64,000 bases of DNA from Spirochaetota bacterium (GCA_027858855.1 JAQIBV010000021.1:2816-66815), one strand, 5' to 3'. Shown: positions 1 through 9,664, counted from the first letter of the stretch. Made by a program: numbers and translations. Notes: generated by a model from the sequence alone, not told the origin.

Positions 1-2
1 CG

Positions 3-1031
3 CCTACAGGCACTGGTGAATCACCACTGGCCGCCATCGAAGAGTGGGTAAATACCGACTGCCCTGTCTGCGGTTCACCTGCAAAACGCGAAACCAACAC
101 CATGCCTCAATGGGCCGGCAGCTGCTGGTACTACCTGCGCTATATGGATCCGGAAAACGACCAGACTCTTGTAAAACCGGAAGCACTAAACTACTGGGGT
201 GATGTAGATCTTTATGTAGGAGGAGCTGAGCATGCAGTACTTCACCTGCTTTATGCCCGCTTCTGGCACAAAGTATTAATGGATTGTGGAGTTGTCTCTT
301 TCAAAGAGCCCTTCAAAAAGCTGCGGAACCAGGGTATGATTCTGGGTGAAAATAACGAAAAAATGTCGAAATCCCGGGGTAATGTCATAAATCCTGACGA
401 TATTATAGCCGAATTCGGAGCAGATTCACTTCGCATGTACGAAATGTTTATGGGACCTCTTGCAGCCGATAAACCGTGGAATACTAACAGCATCTACGGT
501 GTTAAAAGATTCCTGGAAAAAGTGTGGCGTCTTCAGGAACGCATCGAAACGGGAGCACAATTAAGCGATAATACTGCAAAGCTGACACATAAAACCATCA
601 AAATAGTCACTCAAAAAATCGATAACCTGGACTTTAACACAGCCATAAGCCAGCTTATGATACTAGTGAACACCCTTCAGAAAGAACCTTCGGTTCCACT
701 AGAAACATATAAAACCCTTTTACAGTTATTACATCCCTTCGCTCCCTTCATTACAGAAGAGCTTTGGGAAATTCACGATGGCACGACTACCATGTTGAAA
801 ACAAGCTGGCCTCAACATAACCCTGAAATGGCTGTTGACGAGGTAATTACAATTGTTTTCCAAATAAATGGTAAAGTACGCGCCCGGGAAGACCTTCCAG
901 CTGACATCGACAAGGCTACAATGCTTGAAAACGCAAAAAATAATGACAAAATTAAACAATATCTTGACGGAAGAACTATTATAAAGGAAATTGTTGTTCC
1001 TGGGAAACTTGTTAACATTGTTATCAAATGA
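3..1031 (+). CDS. leuS: Leucyl-tRNA synthetase, C-terminal part (5' end is outside the window)
   Basis: Frame is open from position 3 (PTGTGESPLA...RETNTMPQW). Contains YVGGAEHAVLHLLYARF, the KMSKS motif and the C-terminal QINGKVR...IVVPGKLVNIV. Confidence 0.98.
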   Translation, partial: PTGTGESPLAAIEEWVNTDCPVCGSPAKRETNTMPQWAGSCWYYLRYMDPENDQTLVKPEALNYWGDVDLYVGGAEHAVLHLLYARFWHKVLMDCGVVSFKEPFKKLRNQGMILGENNEKMSKSRGNVINPDDIIAEFGADSLRMYEMFMGPLAADKPWNTNSIYGVKRFLEKVWRLQERIETGAQLSDNTAKLTHKTIKIVTQKIDNLDFNTAISQLMILVNTLQKEPSVPLETYKTLLQLLHPFAPFITEELWEIHDGTTTMLKTSWPQHNPEMAVDEVITIVFQINGKVRAREDLPADIDKATMLENAKNNDKIKQYLDGRTIIKEIVVPGKLVNIVIK

Positions 1032-1078
1032 TTTCAACCCACTCAGATTATTTTAATTTATTTTGAATAAATTTCTCC

Positions 1079-1117
1079 AACGTTACAGATAACAGTTTTT
1101 CTGTTATCTGTAACGTT
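1079..1117 (+). terminator. Perfect 17-bp inverted repeat downstream of leuS, probable terminator
   Basis: aacgttacagataacag-ttttt-ctgttatctgtaacgtt, about 48 nt after the leuS stop, followed by T-rich sequence. Confidence 0.6.
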
Positions 1118-1254
1118 TATTAATCTCTTTTGGCGACTTCGCTAATTTATTTTAACAATAATCCGACAATAATAATAACTTTTTCTGAATATTATTTGAC
1201 AAGGATTATGTCTCATGTCATTCTTAGCAAAAATATAGATACAGGGTTACTTCA

Positions 1255-1431
1255 ATGAAAACTAAAATGGTTCCAACAGAAATTTATTCACGCGTCGTAG
1301 GTTACTACCGACCTGTCAACCAGTGGAATAAGGGCAAACAGTCTGAATTTGCTGATAGAAAAGAATACGATATCAGCTCTATAACCCTTGTATCTGAACA
1401 AGAAACTGTTCACGCGGCTATCGCCGTTTAA
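1255..1431 (+). CDS. Stand-alone NrdD C-terminal glycyl-radical domain peptide (58 aa; not in the ORF track)
   Basis: Manual translation: MKTKMVPTEIYSRVVGYYRPVNQWNKGKQSEFADRKEYDISSITLVSEQETVHAAIAV. The YSRVVGY-RP--WN-GK--EF-DR signature is the class III ribonucleotide reductase C-terminus. Confidence 0.85.
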   Translation: MKTKMVPTEIYSRVVGYYRPVNQWNKGKQSEFADRKEYDISSITLVSEQETVHAAIAV

Positions 1432-1468
1432 TCAACTTCTCTAAAATTGGCTGAATTTGATCATCAAT

Positions 1469-2218
1469 TCAGCCAAAACTTAACTCTTCATTCAAATCAG
1501 AATACAACTTTGTTACATATTCAGATGCCTGTACTGCCGCCTGATATGGATTAGTTTTTTTAGCCATGTAAATAGCGGCAGCGGCAGCCATTGCACATCC
1601 GGTTCCGTGACGATAAGCAATGTTCCAGCGCTCTTTTGTTATTGTGATAAGTTCACTTCCAGCTATGTATTCTGTTATACTATTATCATCATTGCAATCA
1701 TGGCCTCCTTTAATATAAAAAAGAGGTTTACCACAGTAAGTCTCTATCAAGTATTCTGCCATCTGAAGAGTTATTAAACTTTCAATATTAATAATCAATC
1801 TCAGCTCTTCAATGTTTGGAGTCACCAGCGTCGCAAGTGGCATCAATTCTTTAATGAAATAATTACGCATTGCCCCACTGTAAAAGGGGTCTCCACTACT
1901 TGGAGCAAAAACCGGATCAATAACAACCGGCACACCTGTCTTTCCCAGCAAATAGTTTTTTACCATTTTCATCTGTGAAAGAGTCATAATTGCACCGATC
2001 TTAATTGCCGCGCAGTCAAACTTTGCCGAGCAAGATAGCTGATCGGCAAACATTGAGTCGCTCACAGGCTCGGCTGAAAACACACCGCTGAAGGTTTGAG
2101 CGGTTACCCCACTGACCGTCGAAACAGGCCAAACCAAATGGCTATACGCCACCCGCAGGTCCTGCTGCATCCCAGCTCCGCACGACGAGTCTGTTGCCGA
2201 TATAAAATGAATATACAT
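1469..2218 (-). CDS. thiD: Hydroxymethylpyrimidine/phosphomethylpyrimidine kinase
   Basis: DSSCGAGMQQD, KIG, DPV, TPNIEE, KGGH and HGTGC motifs; last gene of the thi operon. Confidence 0.9.
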   Translation of the reverse strand: MYIHFISATDSSCGAGMQQDLRVAYSHLVWPVSTVSGVTAQTFSGVFSAEPVSDSMFADQLSCSAKFDCAAIKIGAIMTLSQMKMVKNYLLGKTGVPVVIDPVFAPSSGDPFYSGAMRNYFIKELMPLATLVTPNIEELRLIINIESLITLQMAEYLIETYCGKPLFYIKGGHDCNDDNSITEYIAGSELITITKERWNIAYRHGTGCAMAAAAAIYMAKKTNPYQAAVQASEYVTKLYSDLNEELSFG

Positions 2219-2219
2219 T

Positions 2220-3479
2220 TTACTGTTTCAACGCACACAGAGAACCGCACATTGTACAGTAATCCTTTTCTCTTGATTCCGACTCATCCCTTCTTTTTTT
2301 TGGAAGTTCAGGATCAACAGAACAGGCATACATATTTTCCCAATCAAGATTCTTGCGAAATCTGGTCATCTGTAAATTTTTGGAATAGGCACCGGGAACA
2401 TTTTTAGCAACATCTCCTGCCTGCGCAGCAATTATACTCGCCACTACACCTTCGCGCACATCATCAACATCTGGTAGTGTCAGATGTTCAGCCGGTGTTA
2501 CATAGCAAAGAAAATCAGCCCCATGCCATGCCGCAACCGCTCCACCAATAGCAGCAGTAATATGATCATAACCCGGAGCACAATCTATAACCAGTGGTCC
2601 CAACACATAAAAGGGAGCCTCTCTGCATACCTTTTTTTGAATTTCCATATTAAACGGAATATCCTGAATCGGCACATGCCCTGGGCCCTCTACCATAACC
2701 TGCACATTACGTTCACGACATCGCTCTACAAGACGCCCCAATACAGAAAGCTCTTTTAGTTGCAGATCATCCGTTGCATCGGGCATCCCTCCCGGTCGCA
2801 GGCCATCCCCCAGACTGATAGTTACATCATAACGCATGGCTATTTCCAGAAGCCTGTCAAACTGCTCATACAGAGGATTGTCTCTACCTGTCTCTTTCAT
2901 CCAACGCCGAGTCAACGAACCACCACGACTAACAATTCCAGCCACACGATTATCTGGATTACAAAACTCAAAGGTTTCTCTGTTAACGCCGCAGTGTACC
3001 GTCATGAAGTCGACTCCCTCTTTAGCCTGTTGCTCAATTGCAGCAAAAAGTCGCTCTCCATCTATGTCTTTAATTGAGCCACCATCACGAACAGTCTCTG
3101 CAAAAACCGCATACAAAGGAACTGTCCCAACCATTACAGGCGAGTTCTGCAAAACTTTATTTCGCATACCGTTCAGGTCTCCACCAATAGAAAGATCCAT
3201 CACGCTATGAGCACCATATTTTACGGCCGTTTGAAGTTTAAGCATTTCGTTTTCTATATTATTGCAATCAGGAGATGTACCAATGTTTGCATTAACTTTT
3301 GTTTTAAGCCCTTTCCCTACGGCCTCTGCACTAAAACTACGATTAATATTTTTCGGAATTACTATTTTTCCAGCAGATACACCTTCGCATATAAATTCTA
3401 CTGAACGCTGCTCCTTCAAGGCAATCTCCTTAATTTCCGGAGTTACCTCGCCCTTTTTCACTCTATCAACTTGAGTCAT
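2220..3479 (-). CDS. thiC: Phosphomethylpyrimidine synthase ThiC
   Basis: KVNANIGTS, GIVSRGGS, SLGDGLRPG, EGPGH, YVTPAEH and C-terminal CTMCGSLC. Confidence 0.97.
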   Translation of the reverse strand: MTQVDRVKKGEVTPEIKEIALKEQRSVEFICEGVSAGKIVIPKNINRSFSAEAVGKGLKTKVNANIGTSPDCNNIENEMLKLQTAVKYGAHSVMDLSIGGDLNGMRNKVLQNSPVMVGTVPLYAVFAETVRDGGSIKDIDGERLFAAIEQQAKEGVDFMTVHCGVNRETFEFCNPDNRVAGIVSRGGSLTRRWMKETGRDNPLYEQFDRLLEIAMRYDVTISLGDGLRPGGMPDATDDLQLKELSVLGRLVERCRERNVQVMVEGPGHVPIQDIPFNMEIQKKVCREAPFYVLGPLVIDCAPGYDHITAAIGGAVAAWHGADFLCYVTPAEHLTLPDVDDVREGVVASIIAAQAGDVAKNVPGAYSKNLQMTRFRKNLDWENMYACSVDPELPKKRRDESESREKDYCTMCGSLCALKQ

Positions 3480-3480
3480 G

Positions 3481-4098
3481 CTATCCCCTCAGAAGAGATG
3501 AATAAAACGCAATCTCTTCTTCAATATTTTTAGATTTAACAACAGCTTTGATCATCGCGATGTTACGCACGCCGGTTTCAAGAACATCATCCACATTGGA
3601 GCGATTAATCCCACCTATGGCTACCACTGGACATGAAGCTTTTTGAACAACAGTTTTTAGCGCTTCACACCCTACAGCTGCATCCGGTCGTTTCTTTGCA
3701 AAAGTTGGATAAACCGGCCCAAATCCGATATAATCGGGATTTTGGGTCAATGCTTCTTCAGCCTGTACAAGTGTATGTGTAGATAATCCACAGATAAGAT
3801 TCGCTTTATCATCATAGATAGAACGAGCCATCTTCAATGGGATATCATCTTGACCAAGATGATATCCATCAACACCCGCGGCTAAAGCAATATCCACCCG
3901 ATCATTAATTATTACCTTTGTCTTACTATTTCGGGTTATTGAAAGCATCATACTTAAAGTTTCGAGTAGTTGTCGGTCTGAAAACCCCTTTTCCCTTAGC
4001 TGAATCATACCAACCTGATACTTAACACAAAGTTCGGTAATTCTTGAAACAGGGTAATCCGGATCTGTAACTATTACATAAAGCCCGAGGTCTTTCAT
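3481..4098 (-). CDS. thiE: Thiamine-phosphate synthase
   Basis: IQLREK, INDR, HLGQDD, GLSTH, GPVYPT, VAIGGI. Confidence 0.95.
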   Translation of the reverse strand: MKDLGLYVIVTDPDYPVSRITELCVKYQVGMIQLREKGFSDRQLLETLSMMLSITRNSKTKVIINDRVDIALAAGVDGYHLGQDDIPLKMARSIYDDKANLICGLSTHTLVQAEEALTQNPDYIGFGPVYPTFAKKRPDAAVGCEALKTVVQKASCPVVAIGGINRSNVDDVLETGVRNIAMIKAVVKSKNIEEEIAFYSSLLRG

Positions 4099-4100
4099 AT

Positions 4101-4871
4101 TTACAACTTTTCCATAATCAGATTTGCAACCTTACGGCCGGACATAAGCATTCCGCCGAAAATCGGTCCCATCCGAAAACTTCCGCTTACTCCGTTCGCA
4201 GACATTCCGGAAACATATAATCCCGGATAAACCTCTTTTGTGTTTTCAATTGTAGTTCGCTCCCCCTCTTCTACAGACAAAGAACGCTCTCCCATAACAG
4301 AGCCAGTAGGTGTATCCAGCTTTATGCTGTTTTTTCGAGCCAATGTTGACACTATTTCGCAGGGGTGACCGGTTCCATCAAGAACAGCTTTTGCCCGTAC
4401 TACAAGAGGATCTACATGCATTCCAGTATTAACAATCGGAGTCCAGTTTATTACAACTCCGTTAACATTACGGGTTTCACTTTGTACAACAACATCTTCA
4501 ACCTTCATCCCATTAAAGATAACCGCACCGGCCTGCATAGCTTTGAATATTAGCGCCGATGTAGCCTCAACTGAATCGAGTAGAAGATTATTCTCATCAT
4601 ATTCAGTATAACTAATACCGAACTCTTCAATAATATCGAGCGCCTCTTTTTGTACCATAATCTGGTTAAAGAGCATTGCTCCGCCCCACATCCCCCCGCC
4701 GGGTGCAAGCTTGGACTCGTAAAGCGCAACCTTTTTACCCGCTTTCGCAAGATAGTAGGCAGCCGTAAGCCCTGAAGGCCCGCCACCGACAATGGCAACA
4801 TCAATATCAAGATTATCTTCAAATTTTAAAAAGAAAGAGCGAAGAATTCCACGTGAAACAGTAACTTCCAT
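4101..4871 (-). CDS. thi4: Thiazole biosynthesis enzyme Thi4 (non-Cys, His-type)
   Basis: GGGPSG dinucleotide fold, GGGMWGG, HVDP, DGTGH, RMGPIFGGMLMSG. Start set to the ATG at 4871 (MEVTVS), which follows an AAGGAGG SD. Confidence 0.93.
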   Translation of the reverse strand: MEVTVSRGILRSFFLKFEDNLDIDVAIVGGGPSGLTAAYYLAKAGKKVALYESKLAPGGGMWGGAMLFNQIMVQKEALDIIEEFGISYTEYDENNLLLDSVEATSALIFKAMQAGAVIFNGMKVEDVVVQSETRNVNGVVINWTPIVNTGMHVDPLVVRAKAVLDGTGHPCEIVSTLARKNSIKLDTPTGSVMGERSLSVEEGERTTIENTKEVYPGLYVSGMSANGVSGSFRMGPIFGGMLMSGRKVANLIMEKL

Positions 4872-4874
4872 TTT

Positions 4875-4904
4875 TGTATCCTCCTTGGATAAACCGGAGG
4901 ACAA
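4875..4904 (-). promoter_or_regulatory. SD-sequestering hairpin (expression platform of the TPP riboswitch)
   Basis: Minus strand TGTCCTCCGGTTTATCCAAGGAGGATAC: anti-SD TCCTCC can pair with the thi4 SD GGAGGA. Confidence 0.7.
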
Positions 4905-4939
4905 TGCAGTGAAAAGAAAGAGGTTTAAAACGAAGATTG

Positions 4940-5017
4940 TCTTTCCCTACGCTGGCATTATCCAGATCAGGTTCTGCGGGTTTAATCTCAGCCCCTTTCA
5001 GAGCACCCCGGTAAAGA
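4940..5017 (-). ncRNA. TPP riboswitch
   Basis: Minus strand reads CTTTACCGGGGTGCTCTGAAAGGGGCTGAGATTAAACCCGCAGAACCTGATCTGGATAATGCCAGCGTAGGGAAAG, with the canonical GCTGAGA and CCTGATCTGGATAATGCCAGCGTAGGGAA cores, directly upstream of the thi operon. Confidence 0.96.
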
Positions 5018-5315
5018 ATTTTTCTTTACAAGTTCATTGATAGTCATTTCACTTGAGAGTCAAGCAAATATCATCTGATAATTTCCCTAACCTTTCATAA
5101 AATTAGCATTACTAACAAAACCCCTTTGTTTTTGTACAAACATCTCTATAAAAATTGTTTTTATGTTTCCATAAGTTTAAACAAATAGACACAACCAATG
5201 TATTGACATCTAATTTACAAAGAATCATTGACAGAGTACTTCGAATTATTACCCTTTTAATTTAAAGGACATTACTTATGAAGTTTTGTTTTAGGAATTT
5301 TTAGTGTTGCTAATG

Positions 5316-5361
5316 TGGATTAAGCTTATGTAGACTTAATAGCCTACATAAGCTTAATCCA
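5316..5361. repeat. Perfect 18-bp inverted repeat in the leader of the GH15/TPS operon
   Basis: tggattaagcttatgtag-acttaatagc-ctacataagcttaatcca. Confidence 0.85.
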
Positions 5362-5476
5362 AAGTTTGGCTATTTTTGTTATGCAAGAACCTGTGTTTAC
5401 AGAAATACCGACACTTGCTTCCAGTTAATAATTCATGAATTTATTTTTTACTACAATATTAATTTAACGAGGCTCC

Positions 5477-7315
5477 ATGACCAGTGAAAACTTAAACTAC
5501 GGTGTCGTTGGCAACTGCCAAAGCGCGGCTCTGATCTCTATTGACGGATCGGTAGAATGGCTCTGTCTACCACACTTTGCTTCATCTTCAATTTTCGCCT
5601 CACTCCTTGATACTGAAAAAGGAGGATGCTTTTCAATTAAAATGAACTTTCCCTTTTCTGTACAACAGAATTACGAATACAAAACACCTATTTTGCGAAC
5701 TACATTTACATCACATGATACCAGTGAATCATTTGTAATTACGGACTTCATGCCCAGATATCTACACGCTGCACGCGGATATCATCATCCTCCAGAATTA
5801 GTTAGAATAGTAACCCCTTTAAAGGGCACCCCCTCTGTCACAATCAATCTTTCACCTGCTCTTAACTACGGTCAACATGAGACAACGATAATTGAAGAGG
5901 CGGCTTTTCTTAAAATGTACTCACGAAACGGCAAATATGATTCCGCCTACCTCTATTCCAATCTATCGAACAACATTGATATTATCAATGGAACACACAG
6001 CTTAGAAAAGGAGCTCTATTTTGTTCTCTCTTACAATCAGAAATTAATCACTCCCAGCCTCGAAAAAGCATATCTTGAGTATTATCGTACCAAAACGTAC
6101 TGGCTTGACTGGGTTGAAAGACGAGAGTGGCCTCTCAGATACATCGAAGAAGTTATCCGCAGTGCCATAACTATTAAATTGCTTACGTATCAAAAAACCG
6201 GTGCTATTATCGCAGCCGTCACAACCTCTCTTCCCGAAACAATTGGCGAAGAGCGCAACTGGGACTACCGTTTCTGCTGGATCCGGGATGCATCCATGAT
6301 AATCAGTATACTGACCAAACTGGGTGACAATGGTAGTGCCGAACGCTTTCTAAGTTATATTATGAAAATCATTCCTCATAAAGATGAGATGATTCAGATT
6401 ATGTATGGAATCTCAGGAGAAAAAACCCTTACAGAAACAGAACTTCCCTGGTTGTCGGGCTATCATAATTCTAAGCCGGTTCGCATCGGAAATGCGGCAT
6501 ATGAACAGAAACAAAATGATATTTATGGAGTATTACTTGATGTTATCCTGAAAAATTTCTATTATTTCAGTATCAACATCGATCAAGGAGAACATCTATG
6601 GACTATCGTCCGGAATATTGCACGCATCGTTGAAACACACTGGGAAGAACCCGACATGGGAATCTGGGAGTTTAGATCTCAGAAACAAAATTTCGTATTT
6701 TCTAAAGTACTTTGCTGGGTCGCCATGGATCGTGCTGCTCGTATAGCGGAGTTACTTGAACAACGGAATTATGAAAAAGACTGGAGAATTTGTGCTAAAA
6801 AAATAAAAACTGATATAGAATTACGTGGATGGAATGATAATCTTCAAGCCTATACTCAATCATATGAGAACACTGCTATGGATGCATCAAATCTTCTTAT
6901 GTGCGATTATGGTTTCGTGGAACCCGATAACCCTCGATTTAAATCAACAGTGAAAAAAATCCGCGATAATTTATGTGTTAACGGGCTTATGTATCGATAT
7001 AAAAACCAGGATGACTTTGGTATGCCTAAATCTTCTTTCACTATCTGTACTTTCTGGTTAATAAAAGCTCTATATAAAATTGGAGAAAAAAAAGAGGCTA
7101 TTTCTTTATACGATGATATAATTAAACATACAAACCACCTTGGCCTTTTAAGCGAGGATATGGATTTTTCTACAAAGCGTTTGTTAGGTAATTTTCCTCA
7201 AGGCTATTCTCATCTTGCATTAATTGATGTTGCCTGGGAAATCTCTAACGATGCATTATCTAAAGAGGGTCGCTTTATACACTCTCTGGACAATCCCCAT
7301 ACGGAGGCATTATGA
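5477..7315 (+). CDS. Glycoside hydrolase family 15 protein (probable trehalase/glucoamylase-like)
   Basis: TTSLPE-GEERNWDYRFCWIRDAS, GIWEFR, LGLLSE, LGNFPQGYSH. Overlaps the start of the TPS/TPP gene. Confidence 0.92.
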   Translation: MTSENLNYGVVGNCQSAALISIDGSVEWLCLPHFASSSIFASLLDTEKGGCFSIKMNFPFSVQQNYEYKTPILRTTFTSHDTSESFVITDFMPRYLHAARGYHHPPELVRIVTPLKGTPSVTINLSPALNYGQHETTIIEEAAFLKMYSRNGKYDSAYLYSNLSNNIDIINGTHSLEKELYFVLSYNQKLITPSLEKAYLEYYRTKTYWLDWVERREWPLRYIEEVIRSAITIKLLTYQKTGAIIAAVTTSLPETIGEERNWDYRFCWIRDASMIISILTKLGDNGSAERFLSYIMKIIPHKDEMIQIMYGISGEKTLTETELPWLSGYHNSKPVRIGNAAYEQKQNDIYGVLLDVILKNFYYFSINIDQGEHLWTIVRNIARIVETHWEEPDMGIWEFRSQKQNFVFSKVLCWVAMDRAARIAELLEQRNYEKDWRICAKKIKTDIELRGWNDNLQAYTQSYENTAMDASNLLMCDYGFVEPDNPRFKSTVKKIRDNLCVNGLMYRYKNQDDFGMPKSSFTICTFWLIKALYKIGEKKEAISLYDDIIKHTNHLGLLSEDMDFSTKRLLGNFPQGYSHLALIDVAWEISNDALSKEGRFIHSLDNPHTEAL

Positions 7316-9498
7316 GCAGTACTATTATTGTTTCAAACCGCTTACCAATCAATATTTCCATCGAACAGGATAAAATAATATATCAGCAGAGTATCGGTGG
7401 GTTAGCAACAGGACTTAAAAGTTTTCATGAAGATGAAAATTCTCTTTGGGTCGGCTGGAACGGATTAAATACAGAAGAGGTTCCGGAAGCGCTTGAAAAA
7501 ACAATTACTGATGAATTAAAAACTAAATATAATTGTGCCCCAGTTTTACTTACCCAGGATGATATAGAAAACTACTACCTTGGTTTTTGCAATAAAACCA
7601 TATGGCCCCTATTTCACTATTTTCAGAATACTACAGTTTTTGACCCACATCTGTGGGAATCATATAAACTGGTAAATCAAAAATTTTATAACACTCTTAT
7701 AAAACTCATTAAAAAAGGGGATACTGTATGGATACATGATTATCAACTTTTTTTATTACCTCAACTTTTACGGGAATATGACAGCACATTGACTATCGGC
7801 TTTTTCCTTCATATACCCTTTCCTTCATATGAGCTGTTTCGTCAACTTCCATGGAGAGAAGAGATACTCTGGGGACTTACAGGTTCCGATCTAATCGGGT
7901 TCCATACTTTTGACTATGCTCGACACTTCATAAGCAGTATTCGAAGAATTCTTTCTTTAGACGCCAAAGGACAAAACTTCTTTTATAAAGATCGTACAAT
8001 TTTAGTCGATGTTTTCCCAATGGGCATAGACTATGATAAATTCAGTACCGCAATAAACAACAAGGACATTCAACATGCAAATATCGAATATGCTGTTAAG
8101 ACCCGGGGCAACCAGGTTGTCCTCTCTGTGGATCGTCTTGATTATACCAAAGGGATACCCGAAAGATTAAAAGCTGTAGATCTCTTCTACACAAATAATC
8201 CTAACTATCTTGAAAAGGTTACCTTCATTATGATAGTTGCACCCTCTCGAGCAGATGTCGACACCTACATGTCTCTTCTAAAAGAGATTGAAGAGCTGGT
8301 TAGTCACACAAATGGAAAGCACGGAACCATCGGATGGACTCCAATTATGTTTTTCTACAAGCCATTCCCGTTCTCGGAACTGGTTTCTCTTTATAATCTG
8401 GCGGACGTACTTCTTGTTACTCCTTTACGGGATGGAATGAATCTTGTTGCAAAAGAGTATATTGCTTCGCGGCCAGATAAACTGGGCACCCTAATATTAA
8501 GCGAAACTGCAGGCGCGGCCTCAGAGCTTGGAGAGGCTCTCATAGTTAATCCGAATGACCTTGAAATGATATCGCAACAATTAAAGGTTGCACTCGAAAT
8601 GCCTAAACGTGAGCAAATAGAAAGGAATACAATTCTTCACAAACGATTAAAGCGCTATAATATTTTCTTCTGGGCTAGTGAGTTTATGCGAAAACTTCAA
8701 AGCATTCATTTACGCCATACAACAATCAAATCCATTCTTCTTGCTAACAAAGAAGAATCAAAATTTTTGTCGGATTACAAAAAGGCCTCTAAACGACTAC
8801 TTTTTTTCGATTACGATGGAACTCTGGTTCAATTTAATAATTCACCACTCAAAGCTGTTCCAGATGCCGAGCTAAAACAGTATTTAACTCATCTTTCTAC
8901 AGATCCAAAAAACTGTCTTTCTGTTGTAAGTGGCCGACAAAAAGATTTTCTGGAAGAACACTTCGGCCCTTATAATGTAAATTTAATTGCAAATCACGGT
9001 TTATCTTTTAAAGAACCGAACAAAGACTGGATCGAAACTGAAATAGTTCATAATGAATGGCAAAGTGAAATTAGACCGATTATGCAACTCTTTACAGATA
9101 ATACTCCAGGTTCTTTCATTGAAGAGAAGACATTCTCTCTGGCTTGGCACTATCGACGTTGTGATCCTGATCTCAGTTCATTGCGACTTAATGAACTGAG
9201 GGAAACCCTGCTTGATTTAACCGGCACAATGAATCTTTCTATAATGGATGGTAACAAAGTACTGGAAATAAAGGACTCTTCTGTTAACAAAGGCAAAGGA
9301 ATTCAACCACTTCTCATCAAAAACTCATCAGTTGACTTTGTAATGGCAATTGGCGATGACCATACAGATGAAGATATGTTTCAGATCCTGGATGAAACTG
9401 ATTACTCAATCAAAATAGGCACAGGTAAAACTTCTGCCAAGTTCCATCTTCCAGATGCAGCATCTTTTCGTTCTCTTCTTGGAAAAATGATAAAATAA
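7312..9498 (+). CDS. otsAB: Bifunctional trehalose-6-phosphate synthase/phosphatase (OtsA-OtsB fusion)
   Basis: VSNRLP, GGLATG, WIHDYQ, FFLHIPFP, VDRLDYTKG, RDGMNLVAKEY, then the HAD motifs DYDGTL and GDDHTDEDMF. Confidence 0.95.
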   Translation: MSSTIIVSNRLPINISIEQDKIIYQQSIGGLATGLKSFHEDENSLWVGWNGLNTEEVPEALEKTITDELKTKYNCAPVLLTQDDIENYYLGFCNKTIWPLFHYFQNTTVFDPHLWESYKLVNQKFYNTLIKLIKKGDTVWIHDYQLFLLPQLLREYDSTLTIGFFLHIPFPSYELFRQLPWREEILWGLTGSDLIGFHTFDYARHFISSIRRILSLDAKGQNFFYKDRTILVDVFPMGIDYDKFSTAINNKDIQHANIEYAVKTRGNQVVLSVDRLDYTKGIPERLKAVDLFYTNNPNYLEKVTFIMIVAPSRADVDTYMSLLKEIEELVSHTNGKHGTIGWTPIMFFYKPFPFSELVSLYNLADVLLVTPLRDGMNLVAKEYIASRPDKLGTLILSETAGAASELGEALIVNPNDLEMISQQLKVALEMPKREQIERNTILHKRLKRYNIFFWASEFMRKLQSIHLRHTTIKSILLANKEESKFLSDYKKASKRLLFFDYDGTLVQFNNSPLKAVPDAELKQYLTHLSTDPKNCLSVVSGRQKDFLEEHFGPYNVNLIANHGLSFKEPNKDWIETEIVHNEWQSEIRPIMQLFTDNTPGSFIEEKTFSLAWHYRRCDPDLSSLRLNELRETLLDLTGTMNLSIMDGNKVLEIKDSSVNKGKGIQPLLIKNSSVDFVMAIGDDHTDEDMFQILDETDYSIKIGTGKTSAKFHLPDAASFRSLLGKMIK

Positions 9499-9538
9499 AA
9501 AAGAAGAGAGAGCCAGTAGACTCTCTCTTCTTTTTTAT
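9495..9538. terminator. Bidirectional intrinsic terminator between convergent otsAB and carA
   Basis: ataaaaaagaagagagag-ccagtaga-ctctctcttcttttttat, with A and T tracts on both sides. Confidence 0.85.
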
Positions 9539-9664
9539 AATCAGGATGAATTTAATCTCAAAAGAGATATTCTTGTTGTTATTCAATTATATACTAATTC
9601 ACCACATGGTTCGTTTCTTCAAATAAAAATCCATAGTCCTAAAAGATCCGTTATAAAGACTTTT

